A DNA stretch of 64,000 nt from an uncultured Methylomirabilota bacterium (GCA_963845565.1 CAWJSJ010000001.1:672001-736000); one strand, 5' to 3'. Positions 52,126 through 62,669 are shown, counted from the first letter of the stretch. Numbers and translations are program-made. Notes: generated by a model not told the origin, from the sequence alone.

Positions 52126-52767
52126 ATGCCAGAGTCCAAGAGTAAGAAGTTGCTTGTCTATGACGTACTCAAAGAACGGATCATTGCCCAGATCATGAAG
52201 CCAGGAGAGCCCATCAACGAGGGAGTCCTTTCTCAGGAGCTCGATATCAGCAAGACACCCATACGGGAAGCCATCCAGCAGTTGGAGAAGGAGGGTTTCA
52301 TCGAAAACATCCCAGGCAAAGGGAACTTCGTCTCCTACATCTCCATCCAGGGCCTCCGAGAGCTCTTCGAGATCCGAGAGATGCTGGAGTGCGAGGCGAT
52401 CAAGCGGGCAGCCGTGAAGCGCGACCCGCAAAAACTGACGGAGATCCGGAAGGCGTTCGAGTTGTCTGGGGAGTCCTCGCAGAATGGATCACCGCGGCAG
52501 TTTCGTGCAGGCGAGCACATTCACATTTTCATCTTCGAATCGCTCGGAAACCAGCGCTTGTTGGAAATCTACCGCCGGCTGCACGATCACATCGCCAGAC
52601 ATCGGAACTATTTCTTCAGCGACGTGCACGAGGGGCGACCAGAGAAATCCTATCGCGAGCACCTGGAGATCCTGGACGCGCTGGCTGCGCAGGATCCTAC
52701 CCGGTGCGAGCACGCCATGAGGGAGCATCTCAGGAATTCTCTGGATTACGTCAAGAGCATCATCTGA
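52126..52767 (+). CDS. GntR-family (FCD) regulator
   Basis: VYDVLKERI..PGE.INE..ISKTPIREA..LEKEG; EHLEILDAL..MREHL. Confidence 0.92.
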   Translation: MPESKSKKLLVYDVLKERIIAQIMKPGEPINEGVLSQELDISKTPIREAIQQLEKEGFIENIPGKGNFVSYISIQGLRELFEIREMLECEAIKRAAVKRDPQKLTEIRKAFELSGESSQNGSPRQFRAGEHIHIFIFESLGNQRLLEIYRRLHDHIARHRNYFFSDVHEGRPEKSYREHLEILDALAAQDPTRCEHAMREHLRNSLDYVKSII

Positions 52768-52903
52768 GACCGGCAGGGGACTCCGCTACCGCAGTGTTGC
52801 CCCGCGCGCGGCGGAGTGGCTTCCGCGTAAGCGGGCAGGTCGCAGTAGGGAATTCAGCGGCCGTGTGCGGGTTCGAATGTCGACTCTCCAGGAGTGAAAA
52901 GCC

Positions 52904-53575
52904 ATGATACACATCAAGACCACAATTGAACGCCCCTCCAAGGAGTTGACGGAACGCTTCAGCAAACTCGGATCCGCCACGGTCCACGAGGCATCAGGGC
53001 GGAAGGGAGTTGTGAATCCCGCGATCAAACCCATTCGGAAGGGCCTGCGCCTCTGTGGTCCGGCGTTCACTGTCCAGTGCGGCCCTGGCGACAACCTGAT
53101 GCTCCATAAGGCCCTTGAGAAGGCCCAACCCGGCGATGTGCTCGTCACCTCGGTCAGCGGGTATCCGGAGGGCGGGTACTTTGGCGGTCTGATGGCGGTT
53201 TCGGCGGTCGCGCGTCGTCTCGGGGGGCTTGCCATTGACGGCTGCATTCGAGATTCGGAAGAGATCATCGCGATGGGCTTCCCCATCTTCGCCCGGGGGT
53301 TTTGCATCCGTGGCACGAGCAAGTCGGTGGCGGGGCTGATAAATCATCCGACGGTTTTTGGCGGTATCGTGGTCCAGCCGGGCGACCTAATCCTGGGCGA
53401 CGACGACGGTCTGGTCACGATAGCGCGCACCGAGGTCGAGTCGGTGCTCGAGAAGGCGTTGCAGCGGGTGGAGGCGGAAGCTAAGAAATCGGAGCAGCTC
53501 CGGAGCGGCATTTCGAGCGTCGAGCTCAATAAACTCGGCAAGGTCTTCGAGGCGCTGGGGCTCGTCGAGGAGTAG
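52904..53575 (+). CDS. HMG/CHA aldolase (RraA/LigK family)
   Basis: ATVHEA, GPAFTV..GDNLMLH, FGGLM, DGCIRD, GDDDG. Confidence 0.88.
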   Translation: MIHIKTTIERPSKELTERFSKLGSATVHEASGRKGVVNPAIKPIRKGLRLCGPAFTVQCGPGDNLMLHKALEKAQPGDVLVTSVSGYPEGGYFGGLMAVSAVARRLGGLAIDGCIRDSEEIIAMGFPIFARGFCIRGTSKSVAGLINHPTVFGGIVVQPGDLILGDDDGLVTIARTEVESVLEKALQRVEAEAKKSEQLRSGISSVELNKLGKVFEALGLVEE

Positions 53576-53579
53576 GCCC

Positions 53580-54618
53580 ATGGCTACGGTCACCCCGGAA
53601 CGCTTGACAGAGGTCGTCATCGAAGTGCTGAAGGGGTTCGGGGCGGCGGAGGATGAGGCTCCCATCGTCGCGGAGAGCCTCGTCCGCGCCGAGATGCGGG
53701 GCACCGATACCCACGGCCTTCCGTATCTGAAGCTGTTGGTCGAACGGGTCGAAGCCGGAATGGTGTCGCTCCCGACCCGGGTCACGGTCCGCAACGACGA
53801 CGGCGCGACGGCGCTGCTCGACGGAGGGAACGGAATCGGGCAAATCGCGGGCTGGCAGGCCATGGAACGGAGCATTCGCAAGGCCCGGGAACACGGGATC
53901 GGCCTCACGCTCGTCCGGAATACCAACAACCTTGGGTTCCTCGCGTTCTATACGATGCACGCGGCAGAACAGGGATTCGTCGGCATCACGATGGGCAACG
54001 CGAACGCCGCCATTTCGCCATGGGGTGGCGCCGAGGCCTTCTTTGGTACCAACCCCCTCTCCATCGCGGTCCCAGGCAGTGGGGAGCCGGTGGCGTTGGA
54101 TATGTCGTCGAGCGTGGTGGCGCGCGGCAAGGTCCGCAAGGCGCAGCGGCTCGGCGAAAAGATCCCACTCGGATGGGCGCTGGATGAGGCGGGTGTGCCG
54201 ACCGACGATCCCGGCGCGGCGCTCAAGGGAACGCTGCTTCCTATCGGAGGGCCGAAGGGGTACGGCTTAGCGTTCATGGTGGATGTGCTCGCCGGGATGC
54301 TCTCCGGTGCGAAATTCGGACGGGACATCAAGAGTTTCCATCAACTCATGGGGCCGACCGAGGTCGGCGCGCTGACGATCGCGATCAATGTCGAACGCTT
54401 CATGCCCCTCGAGTCGGTTCAGGGACCTGATGAAAGGATATGTCGATTCGATCCGCGGAAGTCGGAAGGCGAAGGGAACGGATCGGATCTATTTGCCGGG
54501 GGAGATCGAGTCCGAGAAAGAAAAGACGAGCCGAGAGCGGGGCATCGAGCTGAAACCGGCGTCCATCGAGTTGGTGAATCAACTGCTGGAGAAGATTCGG
54601 AGCCAGGTGCGCCTCTAG
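53580..54618 (+). CDS. Ldh2 (AllD/ComC) family oxidoreductase, +1 frameshift near 54410
   Basis: RGTDTHG, GTNPLSIA, LDMSSS, GGPKGYGL; tail IYLPGEIE in the next frame. Confidence 0.87.
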
Positions 54619-54753
54619 GTCAAAACGAAGACCATCGAAAAGAGCTGTCGATATCATTGTAGTCGCTGATCATTCAAATAGTTATGGAACATACATAAAG
54701 TTTTGTCGTGTTCTGAGTGTTCCCGATGACGCTCTTAACTCGAGGAGGATGTC

Positions 54754-55500
54754 ATGGACGAAATGAAGGAGCTGGTGGTCGTCGTCACGGGGTCGGGGAA
54801 GGGGTTGGGGAAGGGAATTGCCGAGAGGTGCTACGGCGAAGGCGCCACGGTCGTCACCTGGGATCGATCCGGCGCGGCGAAGGCCGTCGCGGATACCCTC
54901 GATCCGTCTGGGAAGCGGACGCTGTACGTCCAAGCGGATGCGGTGAAGGAAGAGCAGGTGGTCCGCGCCCTTGATGAGGTCGTCAAGAGATTCGGCCGGG
55001 TGGATGTTCTGGTCAACAACGCCGGGATCTCGCGCCACAAGCCGATCGAGGAGATGACGCTGGAGCTCTTCGAAGAGGTGATGAAGATCAACGTGACCGG
55101 CCTCTTCCTTTGCTGCAAGGCCGTGGTCCCCATCATGAAGAAACAGGGGCGCGGGAAGATCGTCAATATCTCGTCCCTGGCCGCTCGGACGGGTCGGCCA
55201 GGGGTCGGCGTGAACTACGCCGCCTCCAAGGGCGCCGTGGTCTCCATGACGCAGACCTTGGCGCGAGAGTTGGGCCCCGCCGGGATCTACGTGAACGCCA
55301 TCGCTCCCGGCTCAGTGCTGACAGAGCAGACGCGCCAGTATCCCCCGGAGGTGTTCGCGAAATGGAATGCCGGGCGGGCGGTTCAACATGACGGGCTCCC
55401 AGAGGATGTGGGGGACGCGGTCATCTTCCTGGCGTCGAAGCGCTCAGACTGGGTCACGGGCGTCACGCTCGATCTCAACGGAGGGATCCTGATCCGCTAG
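54754..55500 (+). CDS. SDR family oxidoreductase
   Basis: TGSGKGLG, NNAG, SS, YAASK, VNAIAPG, NGG. Confidence 0.92.
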   Translation: MDEMKELVVVVTGSGKGLGKGIAERCYGEGATVVTWDRSGAAKAVADTLDPSGKRTLYVQADAVKEEQVVRALDEVVKRFGRVDVLVNNAGISRHKPIEEMTLELFEEVMKINVTGLFLCCKAVVPIMKKQGRGKIVNISSLAARTGRPGVGVNYAASKGAVVSMTQTLARELGPAGIYVNAIAPGSVLTEQTRQYPPEVFAKWNAGRAVQHDGLPEDVGDAVIFLASKRSDWVTGVTLDLNGGILIR

Positions 55501-55544
55501 GGCAGTCGTTGGCGTAGACCGGTCATACGGGAAAAGGAGAGACT

Positions 55545-55904
55545 ATGTCGGAACTGAAGGTCATCAACATCAAGGACGTGAAGGGCGAGCGGCGAGATCC
55601 GCCGCGCATGTCGTGGGTGCTCGTCTCCGAGAAGACCGTGGGGGCCCAGAATCTCGCCATGGGGGTTAATGAGACGTACCCCGGCGGTATGGTGCCGGAA
55701 CACAAGCACGACAAGGAGGAAGAGGTGATGTTCTTCCTCGCGGGCCGGGGGACCTTTGTCACGGAAGACAGAGAGATTCCTTTGGAGCCGGGAGTGTGCA
55801 TCTACAATCCACCCGGGAAATCGCACAAGATCATTAACACAGGGGACGAGGTCCTCCGGTTTGTCTGGATCTATTCGCCCCAGCTTCCTGGTCATCGGAA
55901 GTAG
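55545..55904 (+). CDS. Cupin domain protein
   Basis: EHKH..EE metal motif, PPG..H. Confidence 0.88.
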   Translation: MSELKVINIKDVKGERRDPPRMSWVLVSEKTVGAQNLAMGVNETYPGGMVPEHKHDKEEEVMFFLAGRGTFVTEDREIPLEPGVCIYNPPGKSHKIINTGDEVLRFVWIYSPQLPGHRK

Positions 55905-55991
55905 GGAGAAACAGCGGTTAGCGATCAGCAATCAGCAATCAAGCGTATGGCCGGCAAATCAACAGGCAATTTCTCGACAAGGAGACTCACG

Positions 55992-56957
55992 ATGGGAAAT
56001 TGGACGCTGCCCCCCACGGGCGGTCACATGGAAAAGCCCTCGAAGATCTATTACCAGACGATGACGAAGAAGGACGTGGAGGAGCGCCTGAAGGTGAACG
56101 ACATCCTGCTCATCCCGTTCGGCTCGACCGAGAACCACGGCGACGCGCAGCCGTATGGCGAGGACGTGTTCATCGTGACGAGGATGTGCGAGATGATCGC
56201 GCAGAAGACCGGATGCACCGTGGCGGAGCCACTCTGGTACGCGTCGCATCCCTTCGCCCACCTGGGGCAGACGGGGACCGTTCCCATCCCCGATGACCTG
56301 ACATCGGCGCTCGTGCGCTCAATCGTCTCAGGGTACTGGAACGCAGGGTTCCGCAAGCAGATCCTGATGAGCAGCCACGGGCAAGAGTACATCATCCCAT
56401 CGGCCATCCAGGAGTGGGCCAAGAAGTACCAAGTTCCTGCCGTGATCATCTTCCTGGACGTGATGAAGATCATGGGCGACGCGTTGAAGGACAAGGCCCA
56501 CGGCGGCCCCTTCGAGACCCCCTTCCGGCACGGTGACGAGGCGGAGAACTCCATCTGCCTGGCGCTCTTCCCGGAGTTCGTGCAGATGGAGAACTGCGTC
56601 GACACCAAGACGTGGGGCTTCCTGCCCGAAGGGCATATCGACAAGGGCGGCGACATCTACAACTACCCCATCCCCGGCCAGAGCCACGTTGGCGGCAGCG
56701 GGGTGGAGTTCGCGATTTACCCGGAAGGCGTGATGGGCAAGCCCTCGCTCGCCAAGCCCGAGAAAGCTTACCAGGCCATCGAGAACTACTTAGACTACGT
56801 TGTCAAGCTGCACAACGACATCCGGGCGAAATTCCCTCCGGGGGTACTGCCGGAGGCAAAGTACATGACCCAGAGGAGCGAGGAAGAGATCGATCTCCTC
56901 CTCAAGGGGCCGGACAGGGGCGGTAGGCACATCTACACGATCGCCTGGCCCTCGTGA
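55992..56957 (+). CDS. iolN: Creatininase-family hydrolase, 3-dehydro-scyllo-inosose hydrolase-like
   Basis: GSTENHG, GED, HGQE, GGPFETPFRHGDE.E, GFLPEGHIDK, YPEGVMGK, QRS.EE; closely resembles Thermotoga IolN as recalled from memory, not searched. Confidence 0.7.
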   Translation: MGNWTLPPTGGHMEKPSKIYYQTMTKKDVEERLKVNDILLIPFGSTENHGDAQPYGEDVFIVTRMCEMIAQKTGCTVAEPLWYASHPFAHLGQTGTVPIPDDLTSALVRSIVSGYWNAGFRKQILMSSHGQEYIIPSAIQEWAKKYQVPAVIIFLDVMKIMGDALKDKAHGGPFETPFRHGDEAENSICLALFPEFVQMENCVDTKTWGFLPEGHIDKGGDIYNYPIPGQSHVGGSGVEFAIYPEGVMGKPSLAKPEKAYQAIENYLDYVVKLHNDIRAKFPPGVLPEAKYMTQRSEEEIDLLLKGPDRGGRHIYTIAWPS

Positions 56958-57113
56958 TCGGGAAGATTGTGGTGAAGGCAATCGTCAAGACAGACCAGAG
57001 CCGGGCTCCCATGCCCGGAACCCGGCTCTGGAGAGCCCGCTACTTGGACTATCGACGGTGGGGGAGGGAGCCTCTCGAGCCTCCCCCGCAATCTCACCAC
57101 GTGAGGTCCGCAC

Positions 57114-58183
57114 ATGAAAGCGATCGTGAAAGCCAGGGAAGATGCGGGGGCGATGGAGGTGCGCGACCTCCCGATCCCGGAGCCAGGTCCCGGTGAAGTT
57201 CTTGTGAAGATGAAGGCGGCGGGGATCTGCTTCAGCGATTTCATGATCCTGACCAACAAGTACAAGGGCCGCGTGCCCGTCCCGATCCCCATGATCATGG
57301 GCCATGAGGGTGCGGGAGTCGTGGCCGACGTAGGGAAGGGAGTCGCAACACGTCAAGGCCGGGGACAAGGTCGGACTGAATCCCCTCTGGGGCTGCGGGC
57401 AGTGCGAGAACTGCTTCAACGGATACCCGAACATGTGCATGACCTGGCGGCATCTGGGAATCACGTGTGACGGCACGTTCGCGGAATACCGCGCCGTGCC
57501 GGCCTTTGTCGCCTGCAAACTCGCGGACAGCGTCTCGCCGATCGATGCCGCCTTCATCGAGCCGATCAGCCTCGCGGTCGGCACCTTCGAGCATGTGAGG
57601 CCCATGCTGGGGGATACGGTGGCCATCATCGGCCCCGGGTCGATCGGCTTGTTTCACCTGCAGGCGTTCAAGTCTGCGGGTGCTGGGAAGATCATGGTCA
57701 TCGGCCTCGACAAGGACGCTCAGCGGCTGGAGATCGCGAAGAAGCTGGGCGCCGACCACATCATCAAGGGAGCAAGGAAGATGTGGTGAGCGCTTGAGAT
57801 CACCTGGGAGCAAGGAAGATGTGGTCCAGCGCGTTCGGGAGCTCACCAACGGCCTGGGGGCCGATATCGTGGTGGAAACCGCGAATCACCCCTCGACCGT
57901 TCCGCTGGCCGTCAGCCTGGCAGCCCCCAAGGGGCGTGTCCGTCTCTTCGGCCTATACCCCGAAGCGACCATGAGCCCCCTGACCCTTCTCCGCGCCGGC
58001 GTGACGATGGTCGGGGATGTGGCGACGAATACGCGCTATTTCCTGCGCGCCATGCGTTGGATCGAATACAGGAAGGTGCTGGCCCAACCAATGGTGAGTT
58101 GCCGCTTCGCACTGGATCAGGCCAAGGAAGCCTTCGACGCCTTTTCCCAGGGAGGTGCGGTCAAGGTGCTCTTCGAGATTTGA
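57114..58183 (+). CDS. Zn-dependent (sorbitol/threonine-type) dehydrogenase, disrupted near 57350 and 57770-57810
   Basis: GICFSD, GHEG, CGQCENC..C, EP, GPGSIG, GADIVVE across three frames. Confidence 0.85.
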
Positions 58184-58331
58184 GCCTCCGAGGTGAAGTC
58201 GTAGGTGTGAGGCCGTCGCGACCAACCGAGCCGGACCCACTTCTGGAGCCAGTTGAAGGGAAGGTTTCGAAAGTCTGCGGGGCCGGTGCACTGCCTGTAA
58301 GTGGTGAGAAGGAACTCTGAAGGGAGAGGCG

Positions 58332-58778
58332 ATGAAGAAGATTCTGGTGCTGCACGGTGTCAATCTCAACATGTTCGGAAAACGGGACCCCGCCCAGTAT
58401 GGGACGATCACCCTGGACGAGATCAACCAGCAGCTCCAGACCCTGGCCAGGGAGCTGGGCGTGGAGCTGGAAACGTTCCAGACAAACTTCGAGGGCGAGA
58501 TCTGCGAGAAGATCCACAAGGCTCATCTGGACAAGGTGGACGCAGTGGTCATCAACGCGGGTGCCTGGACCCATTACAGCATCGCGCTTCGCGACGCCCT
58601 GGCGATCCTGAAGGTTCCCATCATCGAGTGTCACATGTCGAACATCCACGCGCGAGAAGAGTTCCGGCACGTCTCTCACGTGTCGCCCCTCGCGAAAGGG
58701 ATCATCGCGGGATTCGGAGTCCACAGTTATCTGTTGAGCTTACGGGCCGCCGTCACATTGATTACGGACAAGGAGTAG
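58332..58778 (+). CDS. aroQ: Type II 3-dehydroquinate dehydratase
   Basis: HGVNLNMFGKRDPAQYG, NAGAWTHYS, ECHMSNIHAREEFRH. Confidence 0.93.
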   Translation: MKKILVLHGVNLNMFGKRDPAQYGTITLDEINQQLQTLARELGVELETFQTNFEGEICEKIHKAHLDKVDAVVINAGAWTHYSIALRDALAILKVPIIECHMSNIHAREEFRHVSHVSPLAKGIIAGFGVHSYLLSLRAAVTLITDKE

Positions 58779-58910
58779 CAGAGGGAAGCGGTCAGCCTTC
58801 AGTTTCAGAGATGACGCGAAGAGTCGCCTCGAAATAGGCATGGGACCCGTTCCGAAGCTGATTGCTGACTGCTGAGTGCTACGGTCATTCCACTCGAAGG
58901 AGGAGTCACG

Positions 58911-60641
58911 GTGCGCAACATCGTGAGGGCGAATACGCGAACAGGAGAAATCCGGGTTGCTCCTTGCTCGAATGAGGAGCAGCGATGGGGTGGCCGATCG
59001 CTGATCGCCCACCTGATGCTGCGGGAGGTTTGGCCCGGGTGTAATCCACTAGGGAGGGAGAACAAGCTCATCGTCGCATCCGGGTGGTTGGGTGATACCG
59101 CCGTGACGACGGCGGGACGTTGCTCCATTGGGGGCAAGAGTCCCCTGACGGGTGGGGTCAAGGAGGCGAACGTCGGCGGCGAACCCGGAAAACAGATAGC
59201 CCGACTCGGCGTGCGCGCCTTGGTGTTGGAGGACGCACCGGAACGGCCGGAGCCCCGGGTGTTGTGGGTCGGAAAGGACACCTGCGAACTGCTCCCCGCA
59301 CCGGACCTGCGGGGCCTCGAGATGGGGGCGACCTTCGACGCACTCCGCGGCCGTTTCGGTGCGCACACCAGCTTTTTCTGCATCGGGCCTGCGGGCGAGA
59401 TGTGCCTCGGTTCAGCCGCCGTCGCTACCACGGACAGGACCGGAGCGCAGGTACGGTTTGCGGCCCGAGGTGGGCTCGGCGCCGTCATGGGATCCAAGGG
59501 CATCAAGGCGATCGTCTTCGACGATACGGGGGCCCGCCCTGACCCGGCGCACGATCCGGAAGGCCTTGCGGCGGCCGGCCGGGAGGTATGGCAGATCCTC
59601 CGCGATGACCCGAAGACGCAGAACCGCCACGACTTCGGCACACCAGCCGTTCTCGCCATCTGTGACTCGCTGGGTATTCTTCCCACGCGCAACTTCCAAA
59701 CAGGCCACTTCGAGGAGTTCGAGGCCATTTCCGGGGAGCGCGTGGCCGACCTGATCGTGGGCCGAGGAGGCGAAGGGGAGCGGGGTTTACTCTGCGTTCG
59801 CGGGTGCAATATCCAGTGTTCGAACAACTTCGCTGACGCGGCGGGGAAGACGCTGGTGGCTTCACTGCAATACGAAAACATCGGCCTATTGGGCTCCAAC
59901 TGCGGCATCGGCGACGTGGACGAGGTGGCCAGAATCAACCATCTCTGCAACCAGGTGGGCGTGGATACCATTGAAGTAGGTGCTGCTATCGGCGTGGCCA
60001 TGGAGGCCGGAATCATCGCCTTTGGCGATGCGACTGGCGCGAAGGATCTCGTCCGGCAGATCGGCGAAGGCACCCCGCTGGGCCGGGTGCTCGGGAGCGG
60101 CGTCGTCATCACCGGGAAGGTTCTGGGGGTTAGGAGAGTTCCGGCTGTGAAGGGCCAGGCGATACCCGCCTACGATCCGCGATCGCTGAAAGGCATCGGT
60201 GTGACGTACGCCACGTCCCCAATGGGCGCAGACCACACCGCAGGAAACGCGCTGGAGATGGCCAAGGTGCTCGATCAGAAAAAGAAGGAGGGACAGGTCG
60301 AGGCATCGTTGCGGCTCCAAGTCCGGGCAGCCCTCCTCGACAGTCTGGGGGTTTGTCTATTCATTCGCCCCGCCTTCGTCAAGGACCCGAACCTAATGGC
60401 CCGCCTGCTCAACGGGCGTTACGGCTGGTCGTTAACCTACGCCGACGTACAGAAGATGGGTCTCACATGTCTTCAGATGGAACGGGATTTCAACCGACGC
60501 GCCGGCGTCTCGGATGAACTGTGCGACGTTCCGGAGTTCATGCGGAACGAACTCCTGCCGCCCTTCGATACGGTATTTGACGTGTCGCGCGAGGACATGC
60601 GGCGGATCTGGGATGTGAAACTGCCGGAGGGTGTGTTTTAG
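58911..60641 (+). CDS. Aldehyde:ferredoxin oxidoreductase (tungstopterin AOR family)
   Basis: KSPLTGGVKE, IGPAGE, RGGLGAVMGSKG, C..C..C, YE, GVDTIE, VKGQ, GADH. Confidence 0.9.
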   Translation: MRNIVRANTRTGEIRVAPCSNEEQRWGGRSLIAHLMLREVWPGCNPLGRENKLIVASGWLGDTAVTTAGRCSIGGKSPLTGGVKEANVGGEPGKQIARLGVRALVLEDAPERPEPRVLWVGKDTCELLPAPDLRGLEMGATFDALRGRFGAHTSFFCIGPAGEMCLGSAAVATTDRTGAQVRFAARGGLGAVMGSKGIKAIVFDDTGARPDPAHDPEGLAAAGREVWQILRDDPKTQNRHDFGTPAVLAICDSLGILPTRNFQTGHFEEFEAISGERVADLIVGRGGEGERGLLCVRGCNIQCSNNFADAAGKTLVASLQYENIGLLGSNCGIGDVDEVARINHLCNQVGVDTIEVGAAIGVAMEAGIIAFGDATGAKDLVRQIGEGTPLGRVLGSGVVITGKVLGVRRVPAVKGQAIPAYDPRSLKGIGVTYATSPMGADHTAGNALEMAKVLDQKKKEGQVEASLRLQVRAALLDSLGVCLFIRPAFVKDPNLMARLLNGRYGWSLTYADVQKMGLTCLQMERDFNRRAGVSDELCDVPEFMRNELLPPFDTVFDVSREDMRRIWDVKLPEGVF

Positions 60642-60899
60642 TTTGGGCCCGAAGTGCGACCGGACGGCTGTGCGTGCCACGCCACGGGGAGTCTCCCGAC
60701 TCGGACACGGAGAAATATACGGGATTTCTGCGATAGACGGGCAGAGAACGCTCGAGATCACCCTGGCTATCCAAAGGTCTGGTGAGACCAGGCAGCCTCC
60801 TCGGTTGGCATGAGTCAAGAAGGGGAAGCGCAAAGACGTCGGATATGAGGGTATGACATGGTGTGGCCGGTGCCCGTGTCCGGTCACCAGGAGGGAGTG

Positions 60900-61376
60900 A
60901 TGCTCCAACGGCTAAGCGGCGCGTTGCGACGTTGCACCGAAATCGCGATCATGGTCCTCATGGGGTTCCTTGTGGTGATCGTAGTGGCGAGTGTTCTGTT
61001 CCGCTACATCTTGTTTGCGCCGCTCTCGTGGTCCGAGGAGGTGGGCCGGTATTTGATGATCTGGCTGGGGTTCTTAGCGGCTAGCATTGCCATTCGACAA
61101 GGACTGCACGTCGGTGTGGAGGTCGTGGTTCAATGGGTTCGGCCGGAGATTTCTACCCGGCTGAGAGGGTTGGCCCGCGGGGCGACGATCGGTTTCCTCC
61201 TGATCGTGATGGGCTACGGTTTCTTCCTCGTCACCAACCTGTGGGAGCAGTGGAGTCCGGTCATGGGCATCCGGATGACTTGGCCATACCTTGCGATTCC
61301 GGTCGGCAGCCTCCTAATGTTGATCCAAATGGTGACGCCGTCAAGCCAAGAAACCAAGACTGAGGCAGCGGGTTAG
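60900..61376 (+). CDS. dctQ: TRAP transporter small permease
   Basis: VLFRY..WSEEVGRY..W, HVGV, YLAIPVG. Confidence 0.88.
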   Translation: MLQRLSGALRRCTEIAIMVLMGFLVVIVVASVLFRYILFAPLSWSEEVGRYLMIWLGFLAASIAIRQGLHVGVEVVVQWVRPEISTRLRGLARGATIGFLLIVMGYGFFLVTNLWEQWSPVMGIRMTWPYLAIPVGSLLMLIQMVTPSSQETKTEAAG

Positions 61377-61385
61377 GAGGAATCC

Positions 61386-62669
61386 ATGCTGACGATTTTG
61401 GCGCTGACATTTCTAGTGACGGCCGCGATCGGCGTCCCAATCGCCTTTGCCCTCGGTTTGGCGGCGGCGGCGGCGGTGGTGGTCTGGGGGCAGGTGCCAC
61501 TCTGGCTGCTTCCCCAGCGGATGTTCACAGGGGTGGACAGCTTTGTCTTCATGGCCATTCCCTTCTTCATCCTCGCGGGCGAGCTGATGTGTACCTCAGG
61601 GATCCTCGACCGTCTTGTGAAGTTCACCGACGCGTTAGTAGGTCACATTCGGGGTGGATTGGCTCACGTGAACATCGTGGCAAGCATGATCTTTGCGGGA
61701 ATCAGTGGTTCCGCCGTCGCCGATGCTGCGGCTCTGGGTGCAATCTTGATCCCGAGCATGCAGAAAGAGTACGACGTCGATTTCGGGAGTGGAGTCTGCG
61801 CGGGCGCTTCGACCATCGGACCCATCATCCCGCCCAGCATCCCGATGGTCATTTATGCCCTGGCTGCCGGTGGGGTTTCGATTGCGGGCCTGTTTTTGGC
61901 CGGGGTCATTCCTGGCATTCTCATGGGTCTAGGAATGATGACCATCGCGTATATCATCGCACGGCGCCGCGGTTATCCGGTCCGACCCCGATCGCTCTCT
62001 GCGGGCGACCTCCTGGTGCGGTTGTGGCAGGTGATCCCGGCGTTGCTCATGCCGATCATTATCGTGGGTGGGATTCTCGGCGGGATCTTCACCGCGACGG
62101 AGGCGGCAGCCGTCGCGGTGGCGTATGCCGTTCTGGTGGGATTTCTGGTTACCAAAGAACTAAGATGGCGAGACATTCCCCCTGCCCTGCTGAAGGCGGG
62201 CATTACCACGTCTGTGGTCTTTATGCTCATTGCGACGTCCAACGTGGTTTCCTGGCTACTCACTACCCAGCAGGTTCCCCGTTTGGTCGCTCAGTTTCTC
62301 CGGGACGTGGCCCCCAGCCCCTGGATTTTCCTCTTGTTGGTGAACATCTTCCTCCTGATCGTCGGCTGCTTGCTGGACCTCAGTGCCGCGATCATCATGT
62401 TCGTGCCTATCTTGGCGCCGGTGGCGTTGATCTATGGCGTGGACCCTCTCCATTTCGGCTTCGTTGTGGTGCTCAACCTAGTCATCGGCCTGCTGACCCC
62501 ACCGGTCGGGGTCTGCCTTTTCGTGGTTGCCGGGATTGCCAGAATCTCGTTGGAGCGTCTGGTTCGAGCGGTCTGGCCGTTCTTGCTCTGGCAGCTTGCG
62601 GTACTCGGACTGGTTACCTACGTGCCTGGAGTTTGCACAGCGATTCCGCGATTCTTCGGATACCAGTGA
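61386..62669 (+). CDS. dctM: TRAP transporter large permease
   Basis: AIPFFILAG, SGSAVAD, IIPPSIP, TATEA, TPPVG. Confidence 0.93.
   Translation: MLTILALTFLVTAAIGVPIAFALGLAAAAAVVVWGQVPLWLLPQRMFTGVDSFVFMAIPFFILAGELMCTSGILDRLVKFTDALVGHIRGGLAHVNIVASMIFAGISGSAVADAAALGAILIPSMQKEYDVDFGSGVCAGASTIGPIIPPSIPMVIYALAAGGVSIAGLFLAGVIPGILMGLGMMTIAYIIARRRGYPVRPRSLSAGDLLVRLWQVIPALLMPIIIVGGILGGIFTATEAAAVAVAYAVLVGFLVTKELRWRDIPPALLKAGITTSVVFMLIATSNVVSWLLTTQQVPRLVAQFLRDVAPSPWIFLLLVNIFLLIVGCLLDLSAAIIMFVPILAPVALIYGVDPLHFGFVVVLNLVIGLLTPPVGVCLFVVAGIARISLERLVRAVWPFLLWQLAVLGLVTYVPGVCTAIPRFFGYQ

Noticed and set aside
52814..52890. tRNA-like fragment (GGTTCGAAT..CTCCA)
   Set aside because: The T-stem does not pair (GCGGG vs GTCGA) and there are no acceptable acceptor, D or anticodon arms
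25134..57470. Programmed ribosomal frameshifting at the +1 sites
   Set aside because: No shared slippery sequence or stimulatory element, and these families are not known for recoding
57768..57826. Mini CRISPR array (20-bp direct repeat twice)
   Set aside because: Only two units inside a CDS, the spacer is a degraded copy of downstream coding sequence, and there are no cas genes
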